Shown piece after piece: positions 48,531 through 59,460 of a DNA stretch of 64,000 nucleotides. The stretch comes from Bdellovibrionales bacterium (GTDB lineage: Bacteria; Bdellovibrionota; Bdellovibrionia; Bdellovibrionales; JAKFYE01). Made by a program: the position numbers and the translations under genes. A model generated the notes under the pieces. It saw only the letters and a program-made list of their open reading frames with translations. It did no database searches and was not told the origin of the DNA. The stretch covers positions 32,027 to 96,026 of the forward strand of contig JAKFYE010000026.1 in NCBI GenBank assembly GCA_021731045.1. Direction: 5' to 3'. Each line of letters starts with the position of its first letter. Position 1 is the first letter of the stretch.

Positions 48531-49439
48531 ATGAGAGCAATTATCGCACTTTTCATCGTTCTAAGTTCCGCTACAAGTTACGCAGACCTGACTCAAAAAT
48601 TTAATGAAGAATTATATTACTACCCTACAAACATTACGAACCTACAAACCACTTTATCAAAACGACACGTGATCATGTGGGCCGGGTTTCGAAACGAAAT
48701 GATTCCTGACTATTTCGAACAAAATGTCGAATCACTCAACTACGAACTTAAAGCCGGAAAAGTCAGTATCTACACACCATCGTCTCTAACTGATATTTCA
48801 GTTATCGCGGCAAGATCATATGAAAAATTAATGGCGTTTTATAAGGCCGGCGGCAACAAACCGCTCGTGATTTTTGCTCATAGTAAAGGGGCTTCTGAAG
48901 CCATCATGACTTTAACTCTTTACCCACAACTTCTGACATACGGAATTGTAGACCGTTTAGTCAGCGTTCAAGGCTCTATCGGTGGTTCACCGCTGAGCGA
49001 TCTCTACGCACAGTACGTTAAGCCTTTAATTTATGCGTACGGCTCAGTTATTGGGGCCATCATCATCGACTTTATTGATAACGGTGCTGGATCCATGAGG
49101 CGCGATGAAGCCCAATTAGCTTTGACCATGGCGATTAGCAAACTCAATCAAACTCAATATAACCTGCTCGCTCGACGTATTTTTTACGTTCGCAGTCAAC
49201 AAGTCGGAGCTAAACTTCACCGAATATTTAAGATTACGGGCAAGGTACTTGCGATGTATGGCGCCAACGATGGCGCAATCTTAACTGCCGATATGTACCG
49301 CCCTGATTTTGGATACGACCTTGGTGTGTTTGATTCTGATCATAGTGATTTTGTTTCAGGCATTCGCCACTCGAACCAAACTCGAGAGTTTAAATACGCT
49401 TTTACCCGTGCCGTCTTTAGAGAAATTTTCGAGCACTAA
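48531..49439 (+). CDS. Secreted alpha/beta-hydrolase (lipase-like)
   Basis: Signal peptide; AHSKG nucleophile elbow, GGSPL, NDG, DH catalytic residues. Confidence 0.82.
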   Translation: MRAIIALFIVLSSATSYADLTQKFNEELYYYPTNITNLQTTLSKRHVIMWAGFRNEMIPDYFEQNVESLNYELKAGKVSIYTPSSLTDISVIAARSYEKLMAFYKAGGNKPLVIFAHSKGASEAIMTLTLYPQLLTYGIVDRLVSVQGSIGGSPLSDLYAQYVKPLIYAYGSVIGAIIIDFIDNGAGSMRRDEAQLALTMAISKLNQTQYNLLARRIFYVRSQQVGAKLHRIFKITGKVLAMYGANDGAILTADMYRPDFGYDLGVFDSDHSDFVSGIRHSNQTREFKYAFTRAVFREIFEH

Positions 49440-49453
49440 TTTAAGTGCGTTGA

Positions 49454-49496
49454 AAAATAAAAAAGCCAACTCAATTTGAGTTGGCTTTTTTATTTT
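49454..49496. terminator. Bidirectional Rho-independent terminator
   Basis: AAAATAAAAAAGCCAACTCAA-T-TTGAGTTGGCTTTTTTATTTT between convergent genes. Confidence 0.9.
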
Positions 49497-49510
49497 AAGT
49501 ACTTCTAAAA

Positions 49511-50380
49511 TTATTCTTCGACTTCTCCTAGAACGCGATCAAAAAACTCTGGACTCGTAGCAAGACCGATGGACACGTCACTAACCGCTTTTGCGTAAGC
49601 CAGTGGACCTTTCGCTTGAGCTTGGATCAAGGCCGAACGGTAACCACCACTTGAAAGATCAGGCGCACGCTTTAAAATTCCAGTATAGAGACTGTTGACC
49701 ATCTCTTCAGCAGACACACCCGAACGATTGGCCATAAATTCTTGAGACTGAGCTAAACTAGCCAATACGTCTTTGAACTTAGCCAAAGCTGCGAAAGCCC
49801 CACTTTTTTGTTGAGCGGATAAAATAGAAGATGCGTATTGGCTTAATCCGCCGATATCTGCTGGACGGCCTAATATCGCGTCGTAAGCGCCCGAAACCGC
49901 GACTTCGGCTTGTGCTGATGTAAAGCCGTTGTAAGCAACAGGTAAAACTCGTACTACGATCATCATCTTAGCAAACTGATTTTGCACTCCGACAGGACGA
50001 ACTTGTAAAGTGATCGGACGTTTTATGTCGGTTGCAGCCAAAGCTTCAATACGCGAAGATCCTGGCACATTTGGAATATTTAAATTTCCTTTGTTATTGT
50101 TAGGACCAACTTCGGCAAACGTCACATCGCTCTTCCACGTAGGATTGTTTAACGGATAGGCTTTAATCACGACTGAGTTTTTACGTTCAATGGCGATTTC
50201 TGTTTTATCGGTAGTGACGATATCTGTACGAATGCGTTGTCCATATCTATTGAAGTGATCCACCTTTAACTGTATTTGATTTGGTTGCGGTGGGCCTGGT
50301 GGGTTCCACGGGGACGGCTGAAATTGCGCAGAAGCATTTACGCCGAAGGCTAAAGCTAAAATCAAAAGTGATTTGTTCAT
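49511..50380 (-). CDS. Secreted protein with DUF4214-like helical repeats
   Basis: AAGGAG RBS, signal peptide, two Y-x-x-IL-x-R-x-x-D...L-A-x-S-x-EF repeats. Confidence 0.72.
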   Translation of the reverse strand: MNKSLLILALAFGVNASAQFQPSPWNPPGPPQPNQIQLKVDHFNRYGQRIRTDIVTTDKTEIAIERKNSVVIKAYPLNNPTWKSDVTFAEVGPNNNKGNLNIPNVPGSSRIEALAATDIKRPITLQVRPVGVQNQFAKMMIVVRVLPVAYNGFTSAQAEVAVSGAYDAILGRPADIGGLSQYASSILSAQQKSGAFAALAKFKDVLASLAQSQEFMANRSGVSAEEMVNSLYTGILKRAPDLSSGGYRSALIQAQAKGPLAYAKAVSDVSIGLATSPEFFDRVLGEVEE

Positions 50381-50466
50381 TGTAACTCCTTTAAAAATAA
50401 ACCTTGAAGGTGAATCAAAAAATTCGAAACACCTAGGCTTGATCTTGGTAATAACGACGTCTCATA

Positions 50467-50482
50467 AGCTAAAAGCATTCCA
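50467..50482 (-). promoter_or_regulatory. Putative sigma54 promoter, with a TGTC-N9-GACG box at 50542-50558
   Basis: Minus strand TGGAATGCTTTTAGCT fits GG-N10-GC. Confidence 0.45.
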
Positions 50483-50568
50483 CCGCCTAACAAGAGCCAG
50501 GCGGTTACGGCACAACTACGTATGATCTTTTTTCATAAAACTGTCGAATATGGTGACGAAGTGGCGAC

Positions 50569-51291
50569 TTACTTAATCGCGGCGTACACACGATGAACAT
50601 CATCGCAATCATCTAGCTCTTGAAGAAACGCGATGACTTCCTTTTCTTGATCAGGAGTTAACTCAACGTTAGATTTTGGGACATAACCGAGTTCAGATTT
50701 AGTAATGTTCCATTTGGCTGCCGTTAAAAGTTTATTTACGGAATCTAAATCTGTCGGATCCGTAAAAAAGCGCGCACCAGCTTGATCTTCCGCGAGTTCT
50801 TCTTTTTCGAGAGACTCAACATTTTGAGCGCCACATTCAATGGCCGCTGATTCAAAATCCGTGTTTTTATCCACGTGTGTTCCTTCTAGAATTCCCATGC
50901 GATCAAACATCCACGCGACAGATCCAATGCTGCCCATTTGTCCTTGTTTGAACAATAATTTGATTTCTGAAGCCGTGCGGTTTTTGTTATCAGTCAAACA
51001 CTCAACGATGAGTGGGACTTTATGGGGAGCAAAACCTTCGTACGTAATCGTCTCGAAGGCCGCACCGTCATCTAAAAGTCCCGCACCTTTTTTAATCGCT
51101 CTTTCAATCGTATCGCGCGTCACCGATGCTTTTCGGGCCGCTTCGACGGCCGCACGCAAACGCGCATTATAGTCAGGATTGGGGTCTCCAAGTCGGGCCG
51201 CCACTTGAATTTCTTTCGCCAGCTTATGAACAACGGCGCCTTTCTTCGCGGCGCCGGCTGATTTATTTGCGTTTTTCCATTGCGCACCCAT
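50569..51291 (-). CDS. yebC: YebC/PmpR-family protein
   Basis: MGAQWK, N.RLR, IERAIKKG, YEG, LTDNKNRT, DDVHRVY. Confidence 0.95.
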   Translation of the reverse strand: MGAQWKNANKSAGAAKKGAVVHKLAKEIQVAARLGDPNPDYNARLRAAVEAARKASVTRDTIERAIKKGAGLLDDGAAFETITYEGFAPHKVPLIVECLTDNKNRTASEIKLLFKQGQMGSIGSVAWMFDRMGILEGTHVDKNTDFESAAIECGAQNVESLEKEELAEDQAGARFFTDPTDLDSVNKLLTAAKWNITKSELGYVPKSNVELTPDQEKEVIAFLQELDDCDDVHRVYAAIK

Positions 51292-51299
51292 AAAACTCC

Positions 51300-53720
51300 T
51301 TACATCGCATTCAAAGCGCTACCGGCTTTAAACCATTTCACTTGATCAGAATTGTAAGTGTGCTTTGCTTCGAACTCATCTTTGGCTCCGTTTTTATGCT
51401 CGAGCACAACTTTTAAGTTTTTTCCGGGAGCAAAATCCTTTAAACCTACAATTGAAATTTTATCATCCTCATGAACTTTGTCGTAATCTTTCGGATTAAC
51501 AAACGTAAGTGCTAACATACCTTGCTTCTTAAGATTGGTTTCGTGAATTCTAGCAAAGCTTTTTACAAGAACGACGACGCCGTTTAAAAATCGCGGTGAC
51601 ATCGCGGCATGCTCACGCGAAGAACCTTCGCCATAGTTTTCATCCCCAACCACGATCCATTGTTTGTTCTGTGCTTTGTAGGCTCGCGCAACAGCCGCAA
51701 TAGCTAAACTTTTATCTCCGGTGAGCGCATTTTTTACTTTGCCGATTTCATCGTTGAACGCATTGGTAGCACCTAAAAACATATTGTCTGAAATATTATC
51801 AAGGTGACCACGAAACTTCAGCCATGGACCCGCTGGAGAAATATGATCTGTCGTACATTTGCCTTTCGCTTTTAATAATAGGGTCAGGTCTTTGTAATCG
51901 CCGCCATTCCATTTCTTAAACGGAGTTAAAAGTTGCAGGCGATTCGAATTAGGCTTCACCACCACTTTCGCTGTGCTGCCTTTAGGCGCACGATATCCCG
52001 AATCTCCAGCTGCAAATCCTTTTTGCGGAAGCTCCGGAGCCACCGGTGCTTTTAATTTTATTTTTCTTCCTGAAGGAGTCGAAAGTTCATCAGTAATAGG
52101 ATTAAAATCGAGCCGACCCGCTATTCCTAAAGCCATTACGATTTCGGGACTTCCAATAAAAGCCAGGGTTTCTTCGTTGGAATCATTACGTCCACGAAAG
52201 TTTCGGTTAAAACTTGTGATGATAGAATTTTTTTTTCCTTTAATCCCATCACGTTGCCATTGTCCGATACATGGGCCACAGGCATTAGCTAATACTGTAG
52301 CGCCTGCTTTTTGAAGGACGGCCATCTGACCATCACGTTCAATCGTATTGTGAATCATTTCAGAACCGGGACTAACTAGGAATTGCGTTGGCATTTTAAT
52401 TCCGGCGTCCGCGGCTTGTTGAGCGACAAACGCAGCTCGCCCAATATCTTCATATGAAGAATTTGTGCACGATCCAATGAGAGCCGCAGATAATTCCGTC
52501 GGCCATCCTGCATCCTTCGCATGAATTTTGATTTCACTCAAAGCATGCGCTAAATCGGGCGTGTGCGGACCGACCAGATGTGGTTCTAATTTATCTAAAT
52601 CTATTTCAACAATTTTATCGTAGTACTTCGCAGGATTTGCTAAAACTTCTTTATCTGCAGTTAAAATATCTTTATTGCTTTCGGCAATTTTAGCAAGGTC
52701 AGCACGATTCGTAGATTTTAAATACGTCGTCATACGCTCATCGTAAGGAAACACCGAACATGTTGCTCCGAGTTCAGCCCCCATGTTCGTAATTGTCGCT
52801 TTACCTGTACAAGAAATAGATTTTGTTCCTTCGCCAAAATATTCTACGATGCGGTTTGTTCCACCTTTAACCGTAAGAATTCCACAAAGTTTCAAAATCA
52901 CATCCTTAGCAGAAGTCCAACCGCTCATCTTTCCTTTTAAATGAACCCCGATCAACTCAGGATTCTTAACTTCCCAAGTGAGACCTGACATCACGTCGGC
53001 AGCATCAGCGCCACCCACACCGATCGCGCACATTCCCAAACCACCTGCATTTGGCGTGTGAGAATCGGTTCCAATAATTAAGCCACCAGGAAACGCGTAG
53101 TTTTCAAGAACCACTTGGTGAATGATTCCGGCGCCAGGCCCCCAAAACCCAAGTCCGTAACGAGAACTCGCGCTTTCTAGAAAGTTATATACTTCATCGT
53201 TTTCTGTATTCGCTGTTTTTAAGTCTTTATCTGCTCCGATATAGGCGCGAATAAGGTGATCACAGTGAACGGTTGAGGGAACTGCCGCCTGATCCCGACC
53301 CGCTAACATAAATTGAAGAATCGACATTTGTGCCGTTGCATCTTGAAGCACGACGCGATCTGGTCGCAATTGCAGAAAGCTCTTGCCTCGAGTGAGATCT
53401 TGCGATTTTGGATCATCTAAATGTCCGTACATGATTTTTTCGGCTAATGTGAGCGGTTTATTTAAACGCTTGCTCACAACTGCGATGTTCTTTCTTGTCT
53501 TATCGTAAACCGCCTTCACAAAAGCCGGTGTAGTTTCGATAGCAAATATTTTTTTGCTGGATACAGGCTTGTTGACAACTGGCTTAGAATTTTTCTTTGA
53601 TTTTTTTGATACTGATTTAATTACAGCCTTCGCAATTTTCTTCGCGGCTTTTTTCGCAATTTTTTTTACGATGGTTTTAGTTTTACCTGAAGACTTCTTT
53701 TTTACTTTTTTCTTGGCCAT
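51300..53720 (-). CDS. acnA: Aconitate hydratase (mitochondrial type) with Lys-rich N-terminal extension
   Basis: [47 protein letters not shown]. Confidence 0.95.
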   Translation of the reverse strand: MAKKKVKKKSSGKTKTIVKKIAKKAAKKIAKAVIKSVSKKSKKNSKPVVNKPVSSKKIFAIETTPAFVKAVYDKTRKNIAVVSKRLNKPLTLAEKIMYGHLDDPKSQDLTRGKSFLQLRPDRVVLQDATAQMSILQFMLAGRDQAAVPSTVHCDHLIRAYIGADKDLKTANTENDEVYNFLESASSRYGLGFWGPGAGIIHQVVLENYAFPGGLIIGTDSHTPNAGGLGMCAIGVGGADAADVMSGLTWEVKNPELIGVHLKGKMSGWTSAKDVILKLCGILTVKGGTNRIVEYFGEGTKSISCTGKATITNMGAELGATCSVFPYDERMTTYLKSTNRADLAKIAESNKDILTADKEVLANPAKYYDKIVEIDLDKLEPHLVGPHTPDLAHALSEIKIHAKDAGWPTELSAALIGSCTNSSYEDIGRAAFVAQQAADAGIKMPTQFLVSPGSEMIHNTIERDGQMAVLQKAGATVLANACGPCIGQWQRDGIKGKKNSIITSFNRNFRGRNDSNEETLAFIGSPEIVMALGIAGRLDFNPITDELSTPSGRKIKLKAPVAPELPQKGFAAGDSGYRAPKGSTAKVVVKPNSNRLQLLTPFKKWNGGDYKDLTLLLKAKGKCTTDHISPAGPWLKFRGHLDNISDNMFLGATNAFNDEIGKVKNALTGDKSLAIAAVARAYKAQNKQWIVVGDENYGEGSSREHAAMSPRFLNGVVVLVKSFARIHETNLKKQGMLALTFVNPKDYDKVHEDDKISIVGLKDFAPGKNLKVVLEHKNGAKDEFEAKHTYNSDQVKWFKAGSALNAM

Positions 53721-53958
53721 AGTGGTTTCTTCCAGTTGATAAAGTGTTAAATAAATCCATCCGTGATTTCTTTTAGACTTTAATTAAAGCCCTTTGAGGC
53801 CGAACCCACAATGCGTAGAGCGCGGCGTTATGACCCAAAAGATAAGCAAGAGCCCTTTTTTAAAGGGCCAAGTTCGTAGAATTTTATCGAGACTATTAGA
53901 ATGCTTCACCTGCACCTCAACCAGCACGCTAAAAAATGGTCTGGCCGAGCGATATTAA

Positions 53959-55122
53959 TTAAACGTATGAACCACGTTTAATTTTTTCTAGAATAATTTT
54001 TTCCATTTTTATCGGATCATTGGGATCCACCGAAAAGAGCGCCTGTTGTTCACAACGAATTTTTTCTTTCATGAGCCATCTTAAAATGTCAGCAAGACCT
54101 TTATTTTTTTTATCTAAAAAGAAAGGGTCGTTTTCTAAAGCATCTTTTGCTTTTTTCAGTGCGCGAGCTTCTGCAGGATCTGACTCTTTAACTCTGTAGT
54201 AAGGCAGATCATATTTTTTTACATCTTCAGGCAGTACACCCAAAAACTTCACATTAGGCGCCGAGAAGTCAGCATTTCGAATCAACGATGCAGCCGATCC
54301 AGCTTTAAGTGTTCTAAAAATATTTTGCAAAGTGTACGCGTCAAGATCTCCAAAAAAATACATTGGCAAATCTAATTCTTCTTCTATTAACTTACACCAT
54401 CCGCGCACGCCGTTTGAAGGAACGCCCTGTGCCCCCATCAAAATACAGTTGTTTCGTTTTGTGAACCCCATGCTTTGAAGAGTTCCGGCAGTACCTTCAG
54501 ATTCGATAACCAAAACGAAATCAATTTTTTTACGCGCTTTAAGTTTAAGTGATTGAGGTTTATTTTTAGGCTGGAACGGCGCAGTTCCTAAAGTGGAAAG
54601 ATCAATGGTGGCTTTCTCGCCATCGGCCATAGTTTCAGTGACAACCAACTGTTGCGAGTAGGTTTGCCCACCCCGATCGTTCGCAAAACAATTTAACTCT
54701 TCTCGATACACCTGCAACATGTCGCCGATAAAATCGATAATCGAATCACTCTCTCCTTGATCATCAAAATCGAGAGGCTTGTACTTTGCATTTCCCTTAA
54801 TTAAACCCTTGCAAATATAATATAATTCCCGTTTCGTATTAACGGAGCCAATATCCAAATTACGCAATAAAATTTCGAGCATGAAGACAACGCGGGCGAG
54901 TTTTTGGACCGAAGAAACGTTTAGCTCAGTGCGAACACGCTTATCCCCAGGAGTGAGATAACCCACTTTTTGGTTATAAATAGAATTATCGAGCGACGTC
55001 TTCACGGCTTCAAGAACAGGGCGCTTACTTTTTTCAAGATCCGAAAGCATGCGCTCAGCTAAGATCTGAGCTTCTTTAGGAATATCGATCCGAAGTTCAC
55101 GTACTCGAATGAGCTTTGACAT
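53959..55122 (-). CDS. top6A: DNA topoisomerase VI subunit A (Spo11-like)
   Basis: TKRELYY catalytic-Tyr motif, Toprim VIE..G and GDLD, C-terminal EQQA; follows top6B. Confidence 0.93.
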   Translation of the reverse strand: MSKLIRVRELRIDIPKEAQILAERMLSDLEKSKRPVLEAVKTSLDNSIYNQKVGYLTPGDKRVRTELNVSSVQKLARVVFMLEILLRNLDIGSVNTKRELYYICKGLIKGNAKYKPLDFDDQGESDSIIDFIGDMLQVYREELNCFANDRGGQTYSQQLVVTETMADGEKATIDLSTLGTAPFQPKNKPQSLKLKARKKIDFVLVIESEGTAGTLQSMGFTKRNNCILMGAQGVPSNGVRGWCKLIEEELDLPMYFFGDLDAYTLQNIFRTLKAGSAASLIRNADFSAPNVKFLGVLPEDVKKYDLPYYRVKESDPAEARALKKAKDALENDPFFLDKKNKGLADILRWLMKEKIRCEQQALFSVDPNDPIKMEKIILEKIKRGSYV

Positions 55123-55131
55123 GTATTAATC

Positions 55132-56910
55132 CTACTTCTTTTTTGCAGGCGCTTTTTTAGCCGCCGGTTTTTTTGGAGCTTGCTTTACTTTATCTGTCTT
55201 CTTTGAAGGCTCTTCCGCCGCTTCTTCTGGCTCAGAACGTGTGCCTTCTTCAGGCACGGCGATTTCGTCTTCATCAATTCCCATTTTCTTTGCCTGTTTC
55301 GATTTTTGTGCAGCCAACTTTGTTTGCGCCTCTTCTAAATCAGCAATGGCCTCTTCAGAATCGCGTCCGAGAAGTTTTCGCAAACCTTCTTGAGCCTTTT
55401 TCATGCGGGCATCTGAAGATTTTGTAATACGCACCAGCCCCTCAACTAAAATGGGACCAAATTGTTCGATATGCGCTAACTTTCTCTCGAGATCCGCTTC
55501 CTTAAATTCTTTTTTAATGTGACGAGATAGTTTTTGCCCCGCCTGCATAAGTGCACGTCTAATTTCTTCAACCAGCTCCTCGCTCGCGTCGATTGTTTCT
55601 TTCGAAGCATTTTTAAACTTAATAAACGGAGAGACTAAGGAAACCGCAAAAACATACTGGCCTATTGGCAGACTTCCCTTTGGTTGCTGCAAACCGTAGC
55701 TTTTCCAATTTACCGATTCAATCGCCCATGTAATGGCGCAACCAGATTTATCAAACTGTAGCGGAACGCGATTGGCAAATCGTAAAAGCTGAACGGGTTC
55801 GTCGGCTTCTAGGTTTCTATTTTTAAATCTAGCCAACGCAACTTCAACCACTACGGGCTTAAAGTCACAAATGATCGGCTTACGGGCGACCACCGAAAAA
55901 AAGTCGACTTCACCTAATCGTCCAATTGATTTTGATAATGCCTCTTCTCCCACCGTAAGTACGGACTTAGTAGATGGTGCCATCAACTCGGTATCTTGAA
56001 TGGCTTGAAATACTTTTTTAAAATCTTCATTTTTTAATGCGGTTAACGGTTTGCTCAATAATGCTTTTGGCAATCCTTTCGCAACAAAGTCTTTCAATGA
56101 TTGATCTGAAACCCGGGAGAATCCTGTTTTTAAAAATTTATCTAGCGTCACTTTACCATATAATGTCGCGTGCGTGATAAACTCACCCAATTTAAAAGTA
56201 TGAGGATGCGGAAGAGTCGCCGTAGGAATTTCTGGAACCGTAGTGCTCACACGCTCAACGCTTACCCAATCATTGTCTAAAAGTTTGTAGCGCAAATTGA
56301 GGTGAGGATTCACTAAGACTGTTCCTTCAAGATATGTGATCAATCCTCCATCGCCGTTCAATTGAATTCGACCATCAATTGTAAACTCAACTTGTACGCC
56401 GCTCTTTTTATCCCAATCGACCGTCTCTTTATTTTTTAAAACTCCCGAATTGGTTTTAATATCGACATCGACTTGGCCTTTTAAAGCTTTACGCATACTC
56501 GCCGTTTTGCTCATAACAAAAGCACCTTTAGCATTTGTAAGTTGCGCCCAGGTTGTGGCCGCAGAAATACCAATCCCTTGCTGCCCTCGTGAACATTGTC
56601 CTCGACCAAACTTAGATGAAGCTAAGTATTCACCAAAAACTTTTGCCAAATCATCTGGCTCAATGCCCGGACCATTATCTTCAACGGTAATTTTAATAAG
56701 GTCTGTATTTTTACTTGAACCGGTTCCGACTTTTTTTATTTGAACTTCAATTTCGGGAAGAATCCCACCCTGTTCACACGCATCGAGTGAATTGTCGAGC
56801 GCCTCTTTGAGAGTTGTTAATACAGCTTTGAGCGGCGAAGAAAAACCTACCTGCTGTAAGTTTTTAGAAAAATATTCTGCGGTACTGCTCGATGTAATCT
56901 GGCGACTCAT
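55132..56910 (-). CDS. top6B: DNA topoisomerase VI subunit B
   Basis: GHKL motifs KEALDNSLDA, EDNGPG, SRGQQGIGIS; RFANRVPL transducer; acidic then Lys/Ala-rich tail. Confidence 0.95.
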   Translation of the reverse strand: MSRQITSSSTAEYFSKNLQQVGFSSPLKAVLTTLKEALDNSLDACEQGGILPEIEVQIKKVGTGSSKNTDLIKITVEDNGPGIEPDDLAKVFGEYLASSKFGRGQCSRGQQGIGISAATTWAQLTNAKGAFVMSKTASMRKALKGQVDVDIKTNSGVLKNKETVDWDKKSGVQVEFTIDGRIQLNGDGGLITYLEGTVLVNPHLNLRYKLLDNDWVSVERVSTTVPEIPTATLPHPHTFKLGEFITHATLYGKVTLDKFLKTGFSRVSDQSLKDFVAKGLPKALLSKPLTALKNEDFKKVFQAIQDTELMAPSTKSVLTVGEEALSKSIGRLGEVDFFSVVARKPIICDFKPVVVEVALARFKNRNLEADEPVQLLRFANRVPLQFDKSGCAITWAIESVNWKSYGLQQPKGSLPIGQYVFAVSLVSPFIKFKNASKETIDASEELVEEIRRALMQAGQKLSRHIKKEFKEADLERKLAHIEQFGPILVEGLVRITKSSDARMKKAQEGLRKLLGRDSEEAIADLEEAQTKLAAQKSKQAKKMGIDEDEIAVPEEGTRSEPEEAAEEPSKKTDKVKQAPKKPAAKKAPAKKK

Positions 56911-57039
56911 TCACATTCCTTTTTACATTTATATTGACGAATACAGCAAAAGAGTAAAGTCTTATGTACGAAATAGGTTGCCACTAAATTGCATTAGTTA
57001 GCAACATGACTCAGTAAACCCGAAAGGAGTCTACCTCTT

Positions 57040-57552
57040 ATGAGTATTAAGAACTCACACACCAAAACTTATTTTAAAACCTCTGCTAAAAATAGATCCT
57101 CAAGATTTTATTTCTTTGTAGCAAGTTTAATCGCAGCCTTTTCGCTAAGCGTTGGCTGCACAAAATGTTCGCAAAACAAAACAGGTCCAACAAATATGGA
57201 AATGCCCGCACTCAAAGCAGAAGAGATTAAAGAGCTTCGCATCATTGACAACAAAATCGGTGAAGGCGCAATCGCAGAAACTGGAAAAAATGTAACCGTT
57301 CACTACACGGGAAAACTTTTTAATGGGACAAAGTTTGATAGCTCTCATGATCGTAAGGAACCCTTCACTTTTAAACTCGGAGCGGGACAAGTCATTCAAG
57401 GGTGGGATATGGGCGTAGCCGGAATGAAAATCGGAGGGCAACGTGTACTTATTATCCCCCCACATCTTGGGTATGGTGAGCGCGGAGCTGGCAACGTTAT
57501 TCCGCCAAACTCAATCCTCATATTTGATGTTGAATTACTTAAAGTTGAATAG
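57040..57552 (+). CDS. FKBP-type peptidyl-prolyl isomerase (probable lipoprotein)
   Basis: VHYTG, FDSS, GQVIQGWD, GYG, IPPNS.L.FDVEL; SVGC lipobox. Confidence 0.95.
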   Translation: MSIKNSHTKTYFKTSAKNRSSRFYFFVASLIAAFSLSVGCTKCSQNKTGPTNMEMPALKAEEIKELRIIDNKIGEGAIAETGKNVTVHYTGKLFNGTKFDSSHDRKEPFTFKLGAGQVIQGWDMGVAGMKIGGQRVLIIPPHLGYGERGAGNVIPPNSILIFDVELLKVE

Positions 57553-57563
57553 CTTTTAGGAAC

Positions 57564-57836
57564 TCACAATCTATCACCAACAAAAGTTTTGGCGCCTTTT
57601 TTGGTGTTGCACTCTTTGCATGCTACCACAACGTTACTTTTAACAGAAAAGCCCCCTCGACCAATCGGAACCAAGTGGTCCATCGTCAAATTTTCACGCG
57701 CGAATTTTTGCTCACAATAATAGCAAAGCCCTTGGTTTAATTTTGCTTTCCACCATTGGGTTTTTCTCAATTCTTTTGCTTTTTCGCGCTCTTTTTTTAT
57801 ATGAGCGGGATCGACGGGCGCATAAAAATCAGCCAT
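57564..57836 (-). CDS. Small HNH endonuclease
   Basis: CYYC, TMDHLVP..RGG, N...CKECN. Confidence 0.9.
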   Translation of the reverse strand: MADFYAPVDPAHIKKEREKAKELRKTQWWKAKLNQGLCYYCEQKFARENLTMDHLVPIGRGGFSVKSNVVVACKECNTKKGAKTFVGDRL

Positions 57837-57915
57837 ATTTTTTTATACTCTTCGTCGATGCGACGCGCAACAAAAAGCTGGGAACTTGTGGCGACTTGTG
57901 TTAAATCCTCGAGCT

Positions 57916-58146
57916 ATGACCAGTGAAGAAATAAAATCCAGATTACTTAAAACATATACGGACGCAGAAGTCGAAGTTACCGACTTAACGGGAACCCACG
58001 ATCATTATCAAGTTGCGATTCGTACAAACGCTTTGAATAGTCTCACTCGTATCAACCAACATAAAGCCGTTATGTTGGTCTTTGATAAAGAATTAAAATC
58101 TGGCGAAATTCATGCTTTCACATTAAAAATAAGTGCACGGGAGTAA
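57916..58146 (+). CDS. bolA: BolA/IbaG family protein
   Basis: DH Y, RINQHKAV, GEIHAF; adjacent to grxD. Confidence 0.9.
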   Translation: MTSEEIKSRLLKTYTDAEVEVTDLTGTHDHYQVAIRTNALNSLTRINQHKAVMLVFDKELKSGEIHAFTLKISARE

Positions 58147-58149
58147 AAT

Positions 58150-58458
58150 ATGAATCCTCAAACAAAAGAACAAATAGAAAAAATGTTGTCTCAAAATAAA
58201 GTTTTTTTATTCATGAAGGGTAATCCACAATTTCCTCAATGTGGTTTTTCGGCACGTGCGATTGCTATTTTACAAAACTTAGGCGCTCAATTTGAAACCT
58301 TTAATGTCTTAGAAAATCCAGAAATCCGTGAAGGTATAAAAGAATACGGAAGTTGGCCGACGATTCCACAATTATACATAAACAAAGAACTTATTGGTGG
58401 TAGTGACATCATGATGGAAATGTACGAAAACGGTGAACTTAAAAAAATATTAGGATAA
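58150..58458 (+). CDS. grxD: Monothiol glutaredoxin Grx4
   Basis: FMKG..PQCGFS, WPTIPQL, GGSD. Confidence 0.97.
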   Translation: MNPQTKEQIEKMLSQNKVFLFMKGNPQFPQCGFSARAIAILQNLGAQFETFNVLENPEIREGIKEYGSWPTIPQLYINKELIGGSDIMMEMYENGELKKILG

Positions 58459-58460
58459 TC

Positions 58461-58649
58461 ATGCGCTCAAACCTTAGCTTCTTGAGCCGAACGTGGCGTC
58501 TCATTTTAGGATTTTTACTTACAACATGGTCCATTGCAGGCGGTCCGAGCTGGGGTTACATCGGAGTATATTTACTACTGACTGGCTCGTTTGGTTTTTC
58601 TATCTTAAGCCAATTTTTCATTTCGCGCACAGACACTCACGACCTCTAA
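58461..58649 (+). CDS. Small membrane protein, DUF2892/YgaP-like
   Basis: N...R..R..LG, two TM helices, G..LLLTG..G pattern. Confidence 0.6.
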   Translation: MRSNLSFLSRTWRLILGFLLTTWSIAGGPSWGYIGVYLLLTGSFGFSILSQFFISRTDTHDL

Positions 58650-58741
58650 AGCCTCCTAAAGTTCTTTTTTTTGTCGAATTTTTCAACAGGACTTTCTTCG
58701 CAAACAGTTCATTTCTCTCATGATTTTGCCGAAAAGAAGTT

Positions 58742-59446
58742 ATGGCAACCATACTTCTGGTAGATGATGATCATGATATCTTAAACTTTGGCAAAAAAGT
58801 ATTTGCCGCTGCTGGATACGATATCATTACTGCCGAAAACGTTTTAGAAGCCGTCGAGATTCTTCAAGTGAAGGATTTTGATCTTATTATTTCTGACGCC
58901 AATATGCCAACCCACAGTGGTTTTGATTTAGTCGAAACATTAAAATCTGAAGATCGATATAAAAATATTCCGATCGCCCTTCTTACCGCTCGACGTGAAC
59001 GAGAAGACATCGAACACGCGATTCGACTTGGGGTTGCTGATTATATTGTTAAGCCAATTGATCCCTCGCTATTAATAAAAAAAGTGCAAGGAATACTTAA
59101 AAAAAATCCCCCACGCGAGCCCGCACTCTTTGATCTTCAAGAGGTAAATATTAGCGTCAGTGGGACACTCGCAACTGAAGTGGAAATTCTCTCGATTTCA
59201 GAAATGGGACTCGTCATCGAAACCCCGAATGTTTTTAACGAAGGTCAATGCATACAAATTGACTCGCCTCTTTTTCAAACTATAAAAATCAAAGCGCCTA
59301 TCATGAAAATCTTAAGCTGCGAAAAACAAACGTCTCAAAAATGGCACTCACGCGTCGTTTTTATTGGCGCTACCGACGCGACTCTTCAGCGAATTCGCGC
59401 GTGGATCAATACCGAAACGGTTAAACACCGTACGCGAGCCGCTTAG
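58742..59446 (+). CDS. Response regulator: receiver plus PilZ-like C-terminal domain
   Basis: LVDDD, ISDANMP, DYIVKP; C-terminal SISEMG (xSxxG) beta-barrel-like segment. Confidence 0.85.
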   Translation: MATILLVDDDHDILNFGKKVFAAAGYDIITAENVLEAVEILQVKDFDLIISDANMPTHSGFDLVETLKSEDRYKNIPIALLTARREREDIEHAIRLGVADYIVKPIDPSLLIKKVQGILKKNPPREPALFDLQEVNISVSGTLATEVEILSISEMGLVIETPNVFNEGQCIQIDSPLFQTIKIKAPIMKILSCEKQTSQKWHSRVVFIGATDATLQRIRAWINTETVKHRTRAA

Positions 59447-59460
59447 AAAAGGGAGGGCAC

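Noticed and set aside
57564-57836. HNH gene as a mobile homing endonuclease or defence system
   Set aside because: Stand-alone 90-aa HNH among housekeeping genes, with no intron, methylase, immunity gene or flanking repeats.
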